This document shows positions 15,001 through 30,000 of a DNA stretch of 64,000 nt, piece by piece (position 1 is the stretch's first letter; each line of letters begins with the position of its first letter). The notes beneath the pieces were generated by a model. That model saw only the letters and a list, made by a program, of their open reading frames with translations. It made no database searches and was not told the origin of the DNA. Position numbers and translations under genes: made by a program. This DNA comes from Octopus sinensis (taxonomy: Eukaryota), in NCBI RefSeq assembly GCF_006345805.1, contig NC_042998.1, forward strand, positions 177,568,001 to 177,632,000, written 5' to 3'.

Positions 15001-18000
15001 TTAAACGAGTTTCTCATGTGCATTCTGCAACACTGCATAAAGTTGAGTGGGATGCTTTATAGCTTTGTATGAAAGAAATTTGTGTATATATAATTCTATA
15101 AAATATGTCACTTTCAAATTTTACCTTGTGTTTTATTTTCATTTTTTTTACTTACCTGTAATTTAAATTTACTTATAAGGTAAATAACAAGTTCTGTTTA
15201 GTTATATTAGTGAATCACTTCACCACTGTGTGTGCTTTTATGTGCAAATGAATTCATTTTGATGTTTTCTTCAAACATTTTGATAGATTCATGCAATTTA
15301 TTTTTATAGTGCATCCGTTTCTTTACCATCAACTTCAACGTCTTGAGACAAAAATTCCATCATAGATTTCGTTGTAGTCCATATACCATATTCATATATC
15401 AATAAACAAAATGTGTTTCATGAACTCAATTTTAAGTTTTTGAATTTAATTTAAACAATGGGTGGACTCTCGTTTGAAATATAGTAACAAAAGGATTGAG
15501 ATAAAAAAAACTTCATAATTCAAAATTAAATGTTGGGTACCTTTCCTGATTCCCGCAAACACAAGCTATGAGGACTTCCTTTCTCAACCAAGGTCACTCT
15601 GTCATTCCTGAGAGCACGCAAGTCAACATACACTGTAGATGGTTCAGGACTTGAAGCACCCTGTAAAGAGCAGAAGCATGTGAAAAAGGTTGGATTTATG
15701 ATTAAATTAAAAATAATTAAATTCTTTGTTGTAAATAATGTAAGCCAGTATTCTATGATTAATAACATTGGAAAGACAGATTTGATAAACCCATTATTTT
15801 GAAGATGTTAGTTTCATGTATTTCATTATTGAATTGATCTTAACTTATATTATTCTGTTTCTAGATTGTTATACAAATTATTACTACAAACCTTAGTCTA
15901 CTCAAAATGCTTTAGGTATTCTATATGCATTTTCCATCTGTATATACCCCTACATATTCTGGACATGTTTGCAAATAAATTTTAATGTGTTCTATTTACC
16001 AACTTTTTAGTTTGCATATCCAAATTTGAATCTGTAATATGTAAGCCATAGTGAACAATCAGTTTCCTTATCATGAAATTGAATATTAAGTAATCAGTTG
16101 CTGATGGGATGCAAACAATGCTAATTAACTCAATTAAGCTTTTAAAATGAATTATTAGGTAATGTTTTAAATTTCCAAATTTATAGAATTAATGTTGTAT
16201 ATATAGAATCATCTGGAATTAATTCTATCAAAAGTACTGGTACATAAATAAGCAGAAAAAGATTTAGAAGAAAATGTTCAAATGTTAGTGAAGACTATTT
16301 TCCTACCTGGAGTGCAACTCCGATGCACACTCTGCAACCGAAACTGGTACTAACTGCACGTGGAGCAAGACCAAGGTTGGCAAATAATTTTGTAAATGAA
16401 GTGGTTAGTTGAATTCTTGGTCTTTCCTCAGCAATAACACAACATGTTCTCACACAAGACAGATTGATGCCACGGGCCTGAAAATTTAGAAACAATTATT
16501 GTTTAAATGAGAGAATATACAAAATAAGAAAGAAATCAATATGTCAAAAAGAAAGTAGACATATGACTAACTAATGATTAAAAAGCATTATAATTATTAT
16601 TGATAATTTAGAAGACAAAAGGAGAAGAGCGACTTACTTTAAGGGCCGCAGTGGATGTTCCCAAACCTTTAGTACAAAGTTCCATAACACCATAGGAACA
16701 GAACGTATCACGAGCTAGAAATAGAGTAGACATTACATGTCAGTGCAAAACAGGAAGCTTAAAAGAACGATATAACAAATCAGCCATGTAAATAGGAAAA
16801 TAATTAAATATAATACATCTAAAGTATCTGAAGGTCCAAATTTGCATATTTCGACATCCAGATTGATGTTACATTTACTTTTGTAGCTGGAAGCTAACCA
16901 TTTTAATGTGGACAGGGAATCAAATGCTTTTAGTCATTCTATACACAATAAGACAAACAGGACTATGTGCTTTGCTCAGATTCATAATGCAAGTGTTGCT
17001 GTAAAATTTATGTTCATGACTATAATCAATGGTCCTGCACCATACACTCTGTCATTGACAAAAAGTTAATGAAGAGAAAACAAGAACTTTTACTGAAAGT
17101 TTAAGGGCTAAAGTTTTGCTAAAGATCAAATTTTCCTAAGTAGTTTTTCTATATAAAATTTTCTACATCTAATATAGCTATCTGCCTGTTGTAACACTAT
17201 AAAACTATTTAATTAAATTTTTGAGTCAACAAGAGAATAGTCATTCATGCTGCTAGATACAGAAGCTAAATATCCTTCAATAATACCCTACTATCTTGCA
17301 AACAGAGAAACGCAACGGACAACATAGATACAGATACACCGTGTCTGAAAATAAAAATTAGATAGTTACTGCTAGAATGCTTTTGATAATTAGGTCTACC
17401 CAATTAGGGATGGTATAAAGCTTAACATAAATGTTCTGGCAGCAACTGCAATTGTACCATTAACAATTACTAACAGAAAAGCTGCTAATAAAACAGCCAC
17501 ATTACTTATTGTCACATCATTTACTGATAAAATAGCATTGTTATTTGCTGTAACATTACTTAATCCTATTACTTCCTAACAGGACAATCACATGGCATAT
17601 AAAACAGTCACATTACTTGATTTGCTTAATATAACAGTCATATTTTCTTATAGAAATCCAGATTGTTTCAAGAGTTGGAGTTTCATGTAAAATTCTTTAT
17701 AAGCAAATGTTAAAGTTCAATAAAACTAAACAAAATAAATTCTTACTTTTGTAGTTATGGACAGCAGTTAACCATACTGCTGGGTTGGCTTCCACTTCTG
17801 ATGGGGGAATCAATATGGAATGGTGGCCAGAATAAATGCTGGAAAATGAAACAAAGAACATCAAAACAGTGAAGATATACAACTAAGAAAATAACTCAAG
17901 AAATAACTGTGTCTATGACATTTGAAAAGAAGCAAATTTACAGATGTTTTATATCTAAGGCAGTATGAAGAAAATTTGATGAGATGATGATGATGAAAAG

Positions 18001-21000
18001 AGCAAATAGCAAATAAATAATTTTCTTTTTTAATTTATAGAAGGAAATAAAAATTAAAATGTTTATCAATATCACCATTGATTTAGTGACAGCTTTCCCC
18101 ACACCACACTAACAATAATTTATCAACTGTTCAGTAAAACTTATGCAAGGCATATAAAGTGGATTGCACATGTACTTACCTACTCAAACACCATAACACA
18201 AAGCCAAGACCACAGTATGGGTCAAGGCAGAGGGCTACGTCTCTGGAGGGATACAGCTCACATTGGAGTTTCTGAGATCGACAAAGAGCTGTGGCAGCAG
18301 CATGAGACATCTAATATGCAATAAATAGAGATAAAACATTATTGATCAGAGACATAAGTAAATATAAGAATGTATTCAATTATATTTCAATATTTTATTA
18401 ACCTTTACAATGCTTTACCATCAATTCCTATGAAGTATTCAAATCATATAAGTTTTATGGTATTTAAAAATTTCATTCAGTATGTGTAAGTGAGTGTATC
18501 ATTTTATAAAAACTAGAATTTCTGAGTGAATTTAAGTAAAAATACATTAATATGTATTTAGAGAAAATTGGATGTAATATGAAGCAGAAATTTTGGTAAT
18601 ATTCACCTCAGTACAGAGATTCAAACAGACAAATTATCATTAGGGAAAATATGTCTGCATGCGCAAAAATTATACTTTTGATGTTTATTAAAAGAGAAAA
18701 TAAGAGTCTTACCTTGACTCCAGCAAGCATTCCTGTAGTTGACACACTGAAATCGAGGTAACAGAGCATCTCAGGTGTAGGTGCACGGTAGACAACTGAT
18801 AATTTCTTCTTGCCAAGGTCATCAGTATCTAAGAGCTGAGGCCAAGTCTTGGGATCAACAACAGCACCTGCTTCCTGTTAATGAAATCAAGAACAAACTT
18901 TGTCAATAATGACACTACCCTTATATATAGCTTGTTAAAAATGGACTTACAACTTCTGAACTATTTTCATTTGTATTAACTAGGAACAGACTATGTATAT
19001 GGACACCCACTTGCCAATTTTACATAATGTCTCAGTGCATAAGTAAAACAAATGAACAAAGGGATAACTGGTAATAACAGACACAAACAAAAGCATATGG
19101 ATGCTAACACAATGTTGGGCTATGTGAACAATTTTTAGAAGCAGAGTGTCAAAAATCTATCCAACAAGCTACAAGTATATAAAAGAGAAACAGAGAAAGG
19201 ACTACTTACTTTACTTTTCAGCAGTTTAACAATAGGGTTATTTGTAAGGATTGCCACAGACTTGCTTACTTCAACAATCATTCTAACTGTGGGTAGGGTA
19301 GTGGCTACATTCTGTGGGTGTGGTGGTCTTATTGTAACAGGCACACAACCTGGAAAGAGAACAAGGAATACTTTAGGACTTTTCTTCCAAGGAACATTTG
19401 AAAAGAAACTGTGGGATGGGAACTTTTCTTGAACTGTCTCAATCTCGAAATCAAAAGTGTAAAGCTAACTTTACAAAATACAACTTGTCAAGACTAATTT
19501 CTTTGGAATTTTCACATAAATCTGCTCATTGAGAATTTATAAACAAACAAAAAAAAAATTTCTTACATAGAAACAAGGTCTTGTATTTTTAGTCTGGTGG
19601 TTGTGGAACAGACTGTTACACTGAAGCTAGTATTTAACTGGTTATTTATTTTATAAACTTCAGAAAGATGAAAAACAAAGTTGACTGTAGTAGGAATTGA
19701 ACTCAAAAAAATAAAATAAAGAACTGGATCAAATGCTGCAAGGCATTTCTTCCAGCTCTTTACATCTTTGGCTTGACACTCTAATGATTCTGCCAATGCA
19801 CCACCCTTAATAATTTCTAATTTAGGCATAAAGCCAGTAATCTTGAGGACAGAGGTAATTTAATTAAAGCAACCACCGATAATTTATTTTATCAACCCTG
19901 GAAGGATGAAAGCAAAGTTGACTTTGGTGAGATTTGAAATTAGAATGTAAAGAGCTAGAATAAATATTACAAGGTAGTTTGTTTGATACTTTAACAAACC
20001 TACCAATCCCCCACCAGAATTCTGTTTCTAATTTAGCACAAGGCAAGCAAGTTTGAATCAGATACATGACTAAAAGAATAAAAAGCAAACTTGGCCATGT
20101 CAAGATTTGAACTCTGAGTATGAAAAGCTGTAACTAAATACTGCAAAATATTTTTTCCAATACTCTAATGATTCTTCCAGCAAAATAACAATAGCAATAA
20201 TAACAATGTTGATAATAATTTCTAACATTCGTACAAAGCTCCAAACTTTGAGAAAGGGTTACAATATATTTAAACAACTCCATTACTTAACACCATTAGT
20301 AATAACAACAAAAACAATAATATGCAAACCAATGAGGCAACTTCTACGCAAGCAATTAACCTGCAAATTCTGGGTTTACATAGCAACAATACTACAATAA
20401 GAAGCACAATGTGAATTCTTTACTTACCCACAAAAAGGCAGCCATAAAATGCAGTAACTAAGTCCAGCCCTATTTAAAATAAAAGAAAAAACATTAAGAA
20501 AAGTATTACTGTAATTAGTGGTTAATGGTAAACATTTTAGTTGTATATATGGAGTACTCATAATGACTGATAGATAAATGTAATCTTTAAAAATATATAC
20601 ATCAGCATTTCCTTACCTGGTGGGTAAACCAAAGCTACATGGTCTCCTGTGTTGAGACGACCCTTCTCCATCAGTAGGCAACCAATACGTTCAGCCTTCT
20701 TATGTAATTGCGAGCAAGTCATCACAAGTGCAGGTTGCACCTAGAAACAAGAAAAAAAAAAGATTTATAATAGGAGAAAAAGAGAGACTAAATAAATAAA
20801 GATGTTTACATATAACATGCTTTCTTTTTATTAAGAACTGCACTTTGGAATTGTAGCTGCCTATGGAAAAGCAGTTTGAAATTACATCCAGAATGAATCT
20901 ACATCAACTATGAACAGAGCATCACAGAGTTGCTAATTCAATGCAGTCTCAATGAAAACACTCAGGATCACTGTACCTGATAGAGTAGGAGGAGTTAAAA

Positions 21001-24000
21001 ACACAAATGTATAAGCATACATCAGAAGAGATAAGTTAATGTAATAATAGAACTCTATAAAATGTACACAAGCTACAGTCCATTGGAACTAAGGGACGTG
21101 TTGACACTTCAATATGAAAGACTTCACAGCACAAAAATTAGTATCTTCGCGGCAGTATACAACCACTTGATTACTTATGCTGTGAACCACAAATTGGATA
21201 GAAGCTTTTAGTACTAAATCATTTATATATGAAACAAATTTTCAAGAAGCTACTATTGGAACCATCTCAAAGAATACAAGGTTCCAAGGTGAGAGGAAAC
21301 AAACACTCCATTTCTCTTTGTCCTTTTGGGTTCAAAACATTAAACATTTTAAAGGTTTTATTTTAATGTAGAACATCAGTAAAGTGCTTGTACCTTTGAA
21401 TTGAGCAAAGTGAAAACAATATGATCTGGGTTTGATTGTGACCGCCATCGAAGGATCTCTGTCAGGAATTGATGCTGTGAAAGAAAAAGAAAATAAATGC
21501 ACAATTTAGTAAATATTAACTATAACTGGCTGCTACAATATTATATATTTAAATTATCAAAGAGAAAATTGATGAAGTGAGATATGAAAAGAAAAACATA
21601 TGCATGGAGATGAGTTGGGAAATGATTAAAAGAAAACAACATCAAATGAAAAGCAGTAAAGGCACATCATCACCATCGTTTAATGTCTGCTTTCCATGCT
21701 AGCATGGGTTGGGCAATTGACTGAGGGCTGGCAAACCAGATGGCTGCACCAGGCCTCAATCTTGATCTGGCAGAGTTTCTACAGCTGGATGCCCTTCCTA
21801 ACACCAACCACTCCGAGAGTGTAGTGGGTGCTTTTTTGTGCCACCAGCATGCTGCCAGTCAGGCGGTACTGGCAACGACTTCGCTTGAATCCTTTACACA
21901 TGCCACCGGCACAGGTGCCAGTAAGGCGATGCTGGTAACCAATACGCTCGAATGGTGTCTTTTACATGCCACCGGTACGGAGGCCAGATAGCCGCTCTGG
22001 CAATGATCACGCTCGGATGGTGCTCTTAATAACCTACTAGCATGATTAAAAGCATTCTGTCAATAATCATCTCATCTTTTTAGTTATCTAGGACTATATT
22101 AGGCTAATGTGCATTTCTATATTTATGAATGCAGGGTATGATATGAGGGATAGTTCAGTGCTACTTTCAGTCAAGTGACCATAATAGAGACTCATTAGTT
22201 GTAAATGAAATGCCAACGAGCTAATATATCAAACACAATCAAATCAAGAAATAACCTTCGAATCACACTCTATGGTCTTAAATAATGACAATGAACATCA
22301 TATAATGTAGTCTTATTTATCTTTGGAAAAAAATGAGATGGTTATAGTTGGAATTCCTTTGATAATAAGTCTGCTTGATCACAGTTGACAGCAACAAAAG
22401 ACATTAACCCTAAACAGCTACCAACTGTCCAACCCATGCCAGCATGGAAAATGGACATTAAATGATGAAGAAGACGATGTCTGTATGGCAGCACTACCTC
22501 ACTATGGAGTATAGTTTTTATATGTAATACCTCAGTGACTCCTTTAATCGCAATCATCTTAGATTAGATTCAAAAGGAAACCATTCAGCAAATTGCTCAA
22601 CTTAGATAACGGTAAATCATTGTACTATATCTTCTCTTTGCCATCTTAGGATTGCTATAATAAATTTTGTTCAACTTGCCAGTTACATTTCCCCTCTACT
22701 GTGACTGATGTATTTCTGATGCTTATCACATTAATTTTCTTTCTCCTTTAACCTAGCATTTAAAATGACTAATGGCCAAATGGTTGAGGGTAGTGCTTTT
22801 TTTTTTTTATACTGGAGCTAGAGTGAGAAATAAGAAAATATAGATCTCATACTTTAGAAGTTGTGCTATATGAAATGGAGTTATGTTCCAGATCAGATGA
22901 TGTTATTGTTCAAGTCAATAAAGATCAAAGTGTTCCAGCCATACCCCTCCCATCTTATTTTCAGACAAAGTATCTAAGACTATTCTCTAAACTTTATATT
23001 TCCTTTCTGAAGATGGTACTTTTGATGTTTCATATATATCATCATCATCATCGTTTAATGTCCATTTTCCATGGGTTGGACGGTTTGACTGAGGGCTAGC
23101 AAGCTAGAGGGCTACACCAGGCTCCAATCCGATCTTGCAATGTTTCTACAGCTGGATGTCCTTCCCAACGCCAACCACTCTGAGAGTGTAGTGGGTGCTT
23201 TTTACATGTCACCGGCATGAGGGCCAGACAGATGGCACTGGCAACAGCCACGCTTAAAAGGTGCTTTTTACGTGCTACTGGCACAGGAACCAATCAGTTG
23301 GCACTGACATTGACCATGTTCGAATGATGCTTTTTACATGCCATCGGTATGAGCGCCAATCAAGCGTTACTGTCATTGGCTATGACAATGACTTCTCTTA
23401 TCTTAACAGGTAATCGCAAGTGAAGTTTGTTACCCAATGATTGAGGGGTACTCTTAAATGGGCTGGTTATGCTGCATTGGCATAGGCCATGGTTATGGTC
23501 TCACTTGGCTTGCTGGGTCTTCTCAAGCACAGCAAAGGTCTCAGTCACTTGTCATCACCTCGGTGAGGCCCAACATTGAAGGTTGCACTTCATCACCTCA
23601 TCCCGCTAATTTAAATATAAGTTACAACAGGGATGAAGTGAACACAGTGGGAACATCATCATTATTATTTAACCTCTTTTTTCCATGCTGGCATGGGATT
23701 GATGGTTTGACTGAAAACTGGTAAGCTGCACCAGGTTCCAATCTAATGTCAACCACTCCAAGAGTGTAGTGGGTGCTTTTTACATGCCAGTTACGCAACA
23801 CCAGTATTGGCCACAACTACGATCTCACTTGGCTACACCTAATGTAAACAAAATCTAATGTATGAGAAAGTCTTAAAAGAATTTCAATGAACACTGTATG
23901 TAGGAACTTCCATAAAATGCCATAATTGATCTTGCCAGTCAGAACAGAGTGATTTGAAGACTATAGTATATACCACTGTCTATTAATAGTAGCTTATAAG

Positions 24001-27000
24001 TCTCCTCAAAGGAGAGTTGGTAGTCTTAACATAAGCAGTACTGCAGCCTTTAAATTGCTGTTTGAAAATCATTGAAAACAAAGCAGCAAAACTTTAGGAT
24101 ACACCTTTAGAAACACTGAGAGAAAGGTCATTTGGAACGCAAACTCTCTCTAATAGTTTCCTTTTAAAAAATAGATGGATAACTATTGAGATTAAATAAT
24201 TGAATGTAAGATAATGTATGGAAATTGTTCTTGAAATAGAGCAATGAGATAAGCTGGGAAACTACTAATGGGGGATATAGTGATACTATTTAACAATATT
24301 AGTCAGCCTGGACTCATGAAATGTTAAAATTATGTTGAGATGCAATTTAGAATTTTTTTCACACTAAGTGTAAAGGGAATAGATAGAGCTTATAGATTAG
24401 AGAAAAGAGAGCTGAATGTCTTCAATGGCCACTGTTGTTGTTTGATGTTTGCATGGGGAAATACACAAAATGCACACCTCTGCCACCAGTCTAAGCCCTG
24501 TAAAGTGTTATGGACACTGTCATCCCTTCTAGCTAAAAAATGGGGGAAAAGGAAGGAAGGAATGTAGTTCTGAAAATGAAATGAAGCTTCTTATATAAAT
24601 TTACCTTCTTTCCTTGGTCACCATCTTCTTCACAGTTGAGAAATTCACGACCTTGGGCCCAGGCTAGCCGCATGCCTTGAACGATATTCCCAACATGAAC
24701 TGCTGAAGGGGTGACATCTGCAAGAGAACCTATTATAATTAATGGGACAACTAAAATATAGTTTATTAGTCCAACAAAAAGTCATATCATTATTACTAAT
24801 TACAATAAAACAAGGGAGAAAAACAGTTAAAGCAATACAAACACATTTAACATGCATACATTGTATTTATGAAGCAAACTTATCCAAATACAGAGGGTTA
24901 AATTTTATGATATAATAAAGTCAGTATGATCAAAATGGATAGGGTAGGTTTTGGTTCAGTTCAGAGACTCTTAGAATAATGATAAAAGCAAGGGGAATCA
25001 TTTTGTCTTCTGCAGATTTAAGTAGACTATTTTATAAAGGCTAAGCAAGAGCAGTAATGCCCATAGCCCTTCAAGAACTTGTCAGATTGAAGCTACTAAT
25101 TTATTTCTGAACAAATATCGAATAATTCAGATTATATGTTATGGACGTTATTTTCTTATTAAAAGTTCAATGGCTTTAAAAACATCATACAAGATTATTA
25201 GTTTCAGCCTAATTACATTTTTGTGTTCTAATTACATCTCTTAGAACAGACTAGCTAAAATATAGAAACAAGGACAGGTATTTAAGTGTCCAAGGTTGGA
25301 GAAACCATGTGTGAAGGGGCAGGGGCATGTTTCAAAATCCCCATCTTATGGAAGAACTTGAACATCTCCAGGTTATTTAAATCTACATTGCAGACTGCAA
25401 GGAGGCAACTGTTAACTGCAATGGTTTATATTCGTAGTTTCTAACCAAAGCAGCAACATTCCATTAGACGCATGTGGGAGACACTATGTGTGTAGAGAAG
25501 TAATTTTCTTAGAGATAAAATATTTAAACCAGCTACAATATTTCTATCATAAACAATTTCGAAAGATCTTTGCTGAGATTAAAAATATGATGAACAGGAC
25601 AGTGAATTATCAGTAAGCAAAAGCACAACTAATGAGACACCAACATAATTTTATTATATAAATCCTTGCTTTCTTTAGTAATTTCCATAACATAGAGGTC
25701 ACTAGTCAAGCAAATATCCAAATAGAGGCACATCTGGGATGGGATAATAAACAACCAAAACAAATGAATTTGTGTTTAACCAAAATAATCAGCTATTCTC
25801 TTTTTGCAAAAAGTTGAGAACCACTGGTTAGATAAATAATAAAAACAAACAAAGTTAGAAGAATAATGCAAGCCTTTCTTTAAAAACAACAAAAGCAAAA
25901 AAATTGAAATAAGATACAGATGATTTAAATAAAGTTAGAGACAATTAAGTGGTGAAAGGCAATACTAGTCTCGTTAGCTGATTTTAGTTTACTAAAACAG
26001 GTAAAAATTGAGGTTGAAGTAAGAGCTCATTATGGCATCAAAGTATAGGCTAAAAATATGAAAACATATCACATAATTTACTCAATTATTTTTAAAAATA
26101 GAAAATGATCTACAAAACAGAAATAGAATAATTTGTAAAAGTAATAACAATAAGTGACAAATTGAAGATAATAATATGTTTTCATTTCTAGTTGTTTTGC
26201 ACTGTATTAGAAAGGATGTCTTCTAATCTTTTGTGTTCTTTTGCTATTAATAACTGGATCTATGAGAATGTAAAACAGTTGCATATATGTTATTGAAGCA
26301 ACATCTTGAATTAAATATTAACTGCCATTTTATGAGATAAGATTTGTATCAATATTGCTATTAGAATTAATTGAGCGAAACAGGGACAATGGTAATGTAA
26401 TACTATCAAACTCATGCAAATGATTTTATGAATTGTAATCTCACCTGGATGGTGTTCTCGAGGTTTAGGCAAGTTTGTTACACATGTGTGCGGACACATT
26501 AGTACATTGGCAGGATGTAAGCAACCATCCAAAAATTTGGCCTTTGTCTCATAAAGATGGATGCCACCAAGTGGGGTCTAAAAGATAAATTACAAGATTA
26601 ATATAATTAATATACTTATATATATATTGATACCACTGATATCAAATTTTTTATTTAATGACAAAAAACTGAATAAGACAATAAGAGTATGTAGTTTCAA
26701 ACACTGGTTTACTAAATTGTAAAAGTTAACACCCTTTAAAGCCATTCAAAAATATTGTTCGAAAAATATCAGACAAAAGTGAATTGTCAATTAAATCTTT
26801 AAGAAACACTTTTTAAAAATACATTTGCAACTACTTTTATAGGGTAAAAATGGAAAAACAGTTGACTGAACTCTGATTTCAGTTACTTGTTTTGTCAACT
26901 CTGAGCTTAAGTGAACTTCATGCTGTGAAGTAACCAAGCAATATAGTAAATGAATCCAAAATGTACTCTTCACAGTACTAACCAATAAGAATTAAGTAAC

Positions 27001-30000
27001 AACAGATAATAATTAATAAAGACTTTATAAATGTAATATGAAATTGATATTGCTGATAAAATAGATAAAATTAGAGGAGATATTGAAGGTTCAAAGAAGT
27101 GAAGTCATTTACCTTTGGCAGGTAATTCGGGGGCACTAGAGCTAAACAATACACCCCAACTTGGTGGATGCTATCTACAGCCTGTAGAACACGACTCATC
27201 CATTGGAAACTCTGTGAAAAAAAAAAGAAGGAAATGTGAAAAATGTCAAGTATAATATCACTATGAGAGATAAACTAGAAATACTGCACCGATATAGCAA
27301 AAATCATAAAGAAGTTAGATACAAATATAGAGAAATAATTCATAATATTTATGTACACTTATTCACTCTAAACTCATTGAGTACCTAGTGTGTATGAATT
27401 TTTAATAAAGAACTGAAGAGTTCAAAGCTGACAAACATTATATCATATTCTCATGTAAATCCATTAATGCAGTAAATTTCCCATTTGATGTTTAAATGAT
27501 TAATCTTAAAAATGAATATAAAATGTTTGGAAATATCTGCCCTGAAAATAATGGAAATATATCCATGTTTACTGAAATATTAATATAAAGACATTTAAAA
27601 AAGATGTAGGGAGGTGGACAAGAAAAGAGCTCATCTAAAAACCTATACAGTACTTCTTAAAACTGATTGAGTAAAGTTTTGTGCTACATGAGCTTGAATG
27701 TAAGGAAGGGATGTTCAATTCAGAATATTATGTTCAACTTCACAAATTGATATTATCATCAGTTTTTTTTTTTTTTTTGCAAACAGGAAATGACATCTCA
27801 AAAAAATTTCTTATTGTACCTCTTGTAGCATGTATATGATGCTAGATATATATTTTTATTTAATGATTACAAAGGAATGAAAAGCTTCAGACAATCATCT
27901 TAAGGTTTAGAATGAAATGAAAAGATTAATATATCTATTTTGATGTTTATGATAAATACTTTTTAAATAGATTATCAAACTCTAAAAAATGGATAAAGTG
28001 GGTGCAGGCGGTGAAAGTGTATCACTTAACCTGCCATTTTCTGTTGAAATACACTATAATGTTCCAAATAATTTCAAAAATAAGAATTTAGTAAAATAAT
28101 AGTCAAAATTAAATTGGTGGTTAGGACACGGATTAATATGAAATTTTGGCGAAAAGTTTAAATTTAGATCACTTTAAAGTGGGAAATTTAAATCACAAAA
28201 CCAGGGGCAATCTGAGGAAGGCTCATATCTTTGATATGAACCTTCCTGAGTTAAAGAATTTGCTTACTTCTTCTTCTGAGCAATCTGGTCTTTGTTCAGC
28301 AATAATCACAATTCTTTCATCTTTCAGAACATTTATAGAAAAGACGGCAATTCTAGAATAAAAGACAAATGAAATAATTTTTCCACATGGTACAGAGGTG
28401 AGATCATGAAAGATATTACAGTATTCCAACCTTAAACAAGTATTACATGTAAGTAATATTTTAATGTTTTTCTGTTTCATACAAAGTTATTCTCTGTCTG
28501 TATCTATATAACTGCTCTGACAATAAAAATAGTTGTTTCATATATAAGTACAAGACTTATAAATTTTAAGTTGTGTGAAGAAGCTCTCAGGTCTAATGAT
28601 GGAGGGAACCTATGGAAGAGGTTGACCCAGGAAGACATAGAAAAAAGTGGTGAAGCATGATCTTTGAACTTTGGGCCTCATGGAGGCAATGACAAGTGAC
28701 GAGACCTTTGGCAATATGCCATGCTTGAGAAGACCTGTCAAGCCAAGTGATATCGTAGTTGTGGCTGATGCCAGAGTCGCATAACTGGTATATGTGCTGG
28801 TGGCACGTAAAAAGCACTCACTATACTTAGGGTGATTGGCATTAGGAAGGGCATTCAACTGTAGGAACCATGCCAAAGCAGATTGGAACCTGGTGCAGCT
28901 TCCCAGCTTGCCAGTTTTCAGTCAAAACGTCTAACCCATGCCAGCAAGGGAAATGGATGTTAAATAATGATAATGATGATGATGAAGATGATTGTTAATG
29001 TAATGTAGCCCTGGCTTACTTTCATTTGTAATGGCCATTCCCTATATTAGCAACCATAGATGAATAAAAAGTGTAAAGCTTATTGACAGTTTAACAACAG
29101 AAAAGGATGCAACTAAATATTACAATACAAACAATGTGATGTTCTACAGTGTTGGCCAGATCTATTTCTGCCAGATCTCATTGATAATGTGTATGAAGCT
29201 AATGTAGAAAAAATATAAATATATATTTACCTTCCTCTATAGATAAATTTCATTGGTTCAACAGCTAAAACAGTGGCAATAATATCATCTGTATTATGTC
29301 TTCGCCCAGATACAGTCATTAAACCTTCTTTACTTCCACATACAAAGACTAACCCCCCCTGAAAAAAAAAAAAAAGATATTAAAAATTAGTATCTGAAAA
29401 ATTACAGCACTAACTCAGGCAGCAGAAATAGTTATAAAAGAATTAGCATTCACACTCATAAGACTTCTGATAGAAAACTAATTTTAGAGAATCATATAAC
29501 AGAAGTAAAACAATAGTGATTACAGCATTGTTCAAGAAGTGGATGAGGTGGGGGAGAGAAAGAGAGTGCATGTAGGGTGGGTATTAGATTTCATTAAAAA
29601 AATTGGCTTCTTTACAAACTTATGCAAAAAGACAAGAGTTCTTCATTTTGTTATGCTATTTTCTTACAAATGTTTGAAACATGTTTATAATTGCATCTTT
29701 TCAAATAAGTCCATTAGTCACTTTTATTTTAGAAAAGCAAGAAAATACCATCTCCAACAAATGGTAGGGTTGAGTGGCACTAGTTGACCATGGTTGAAGG
29801 CACTGGTGCCATGCAGGACTCAAGATTGACTTCTACTCTTATACACATTTTTTGTATTGTTGCCTTTCACATTTTCTACACACAAGTACCAAACATCATA
29901 AATAAATACAAAAGAAAAAAAAATCCACCATAATTTAATGTGTAACCCATGTTGATGGTTTATGATGTTAAAACAAGTACTTTAATATGATTTAAAGAGA

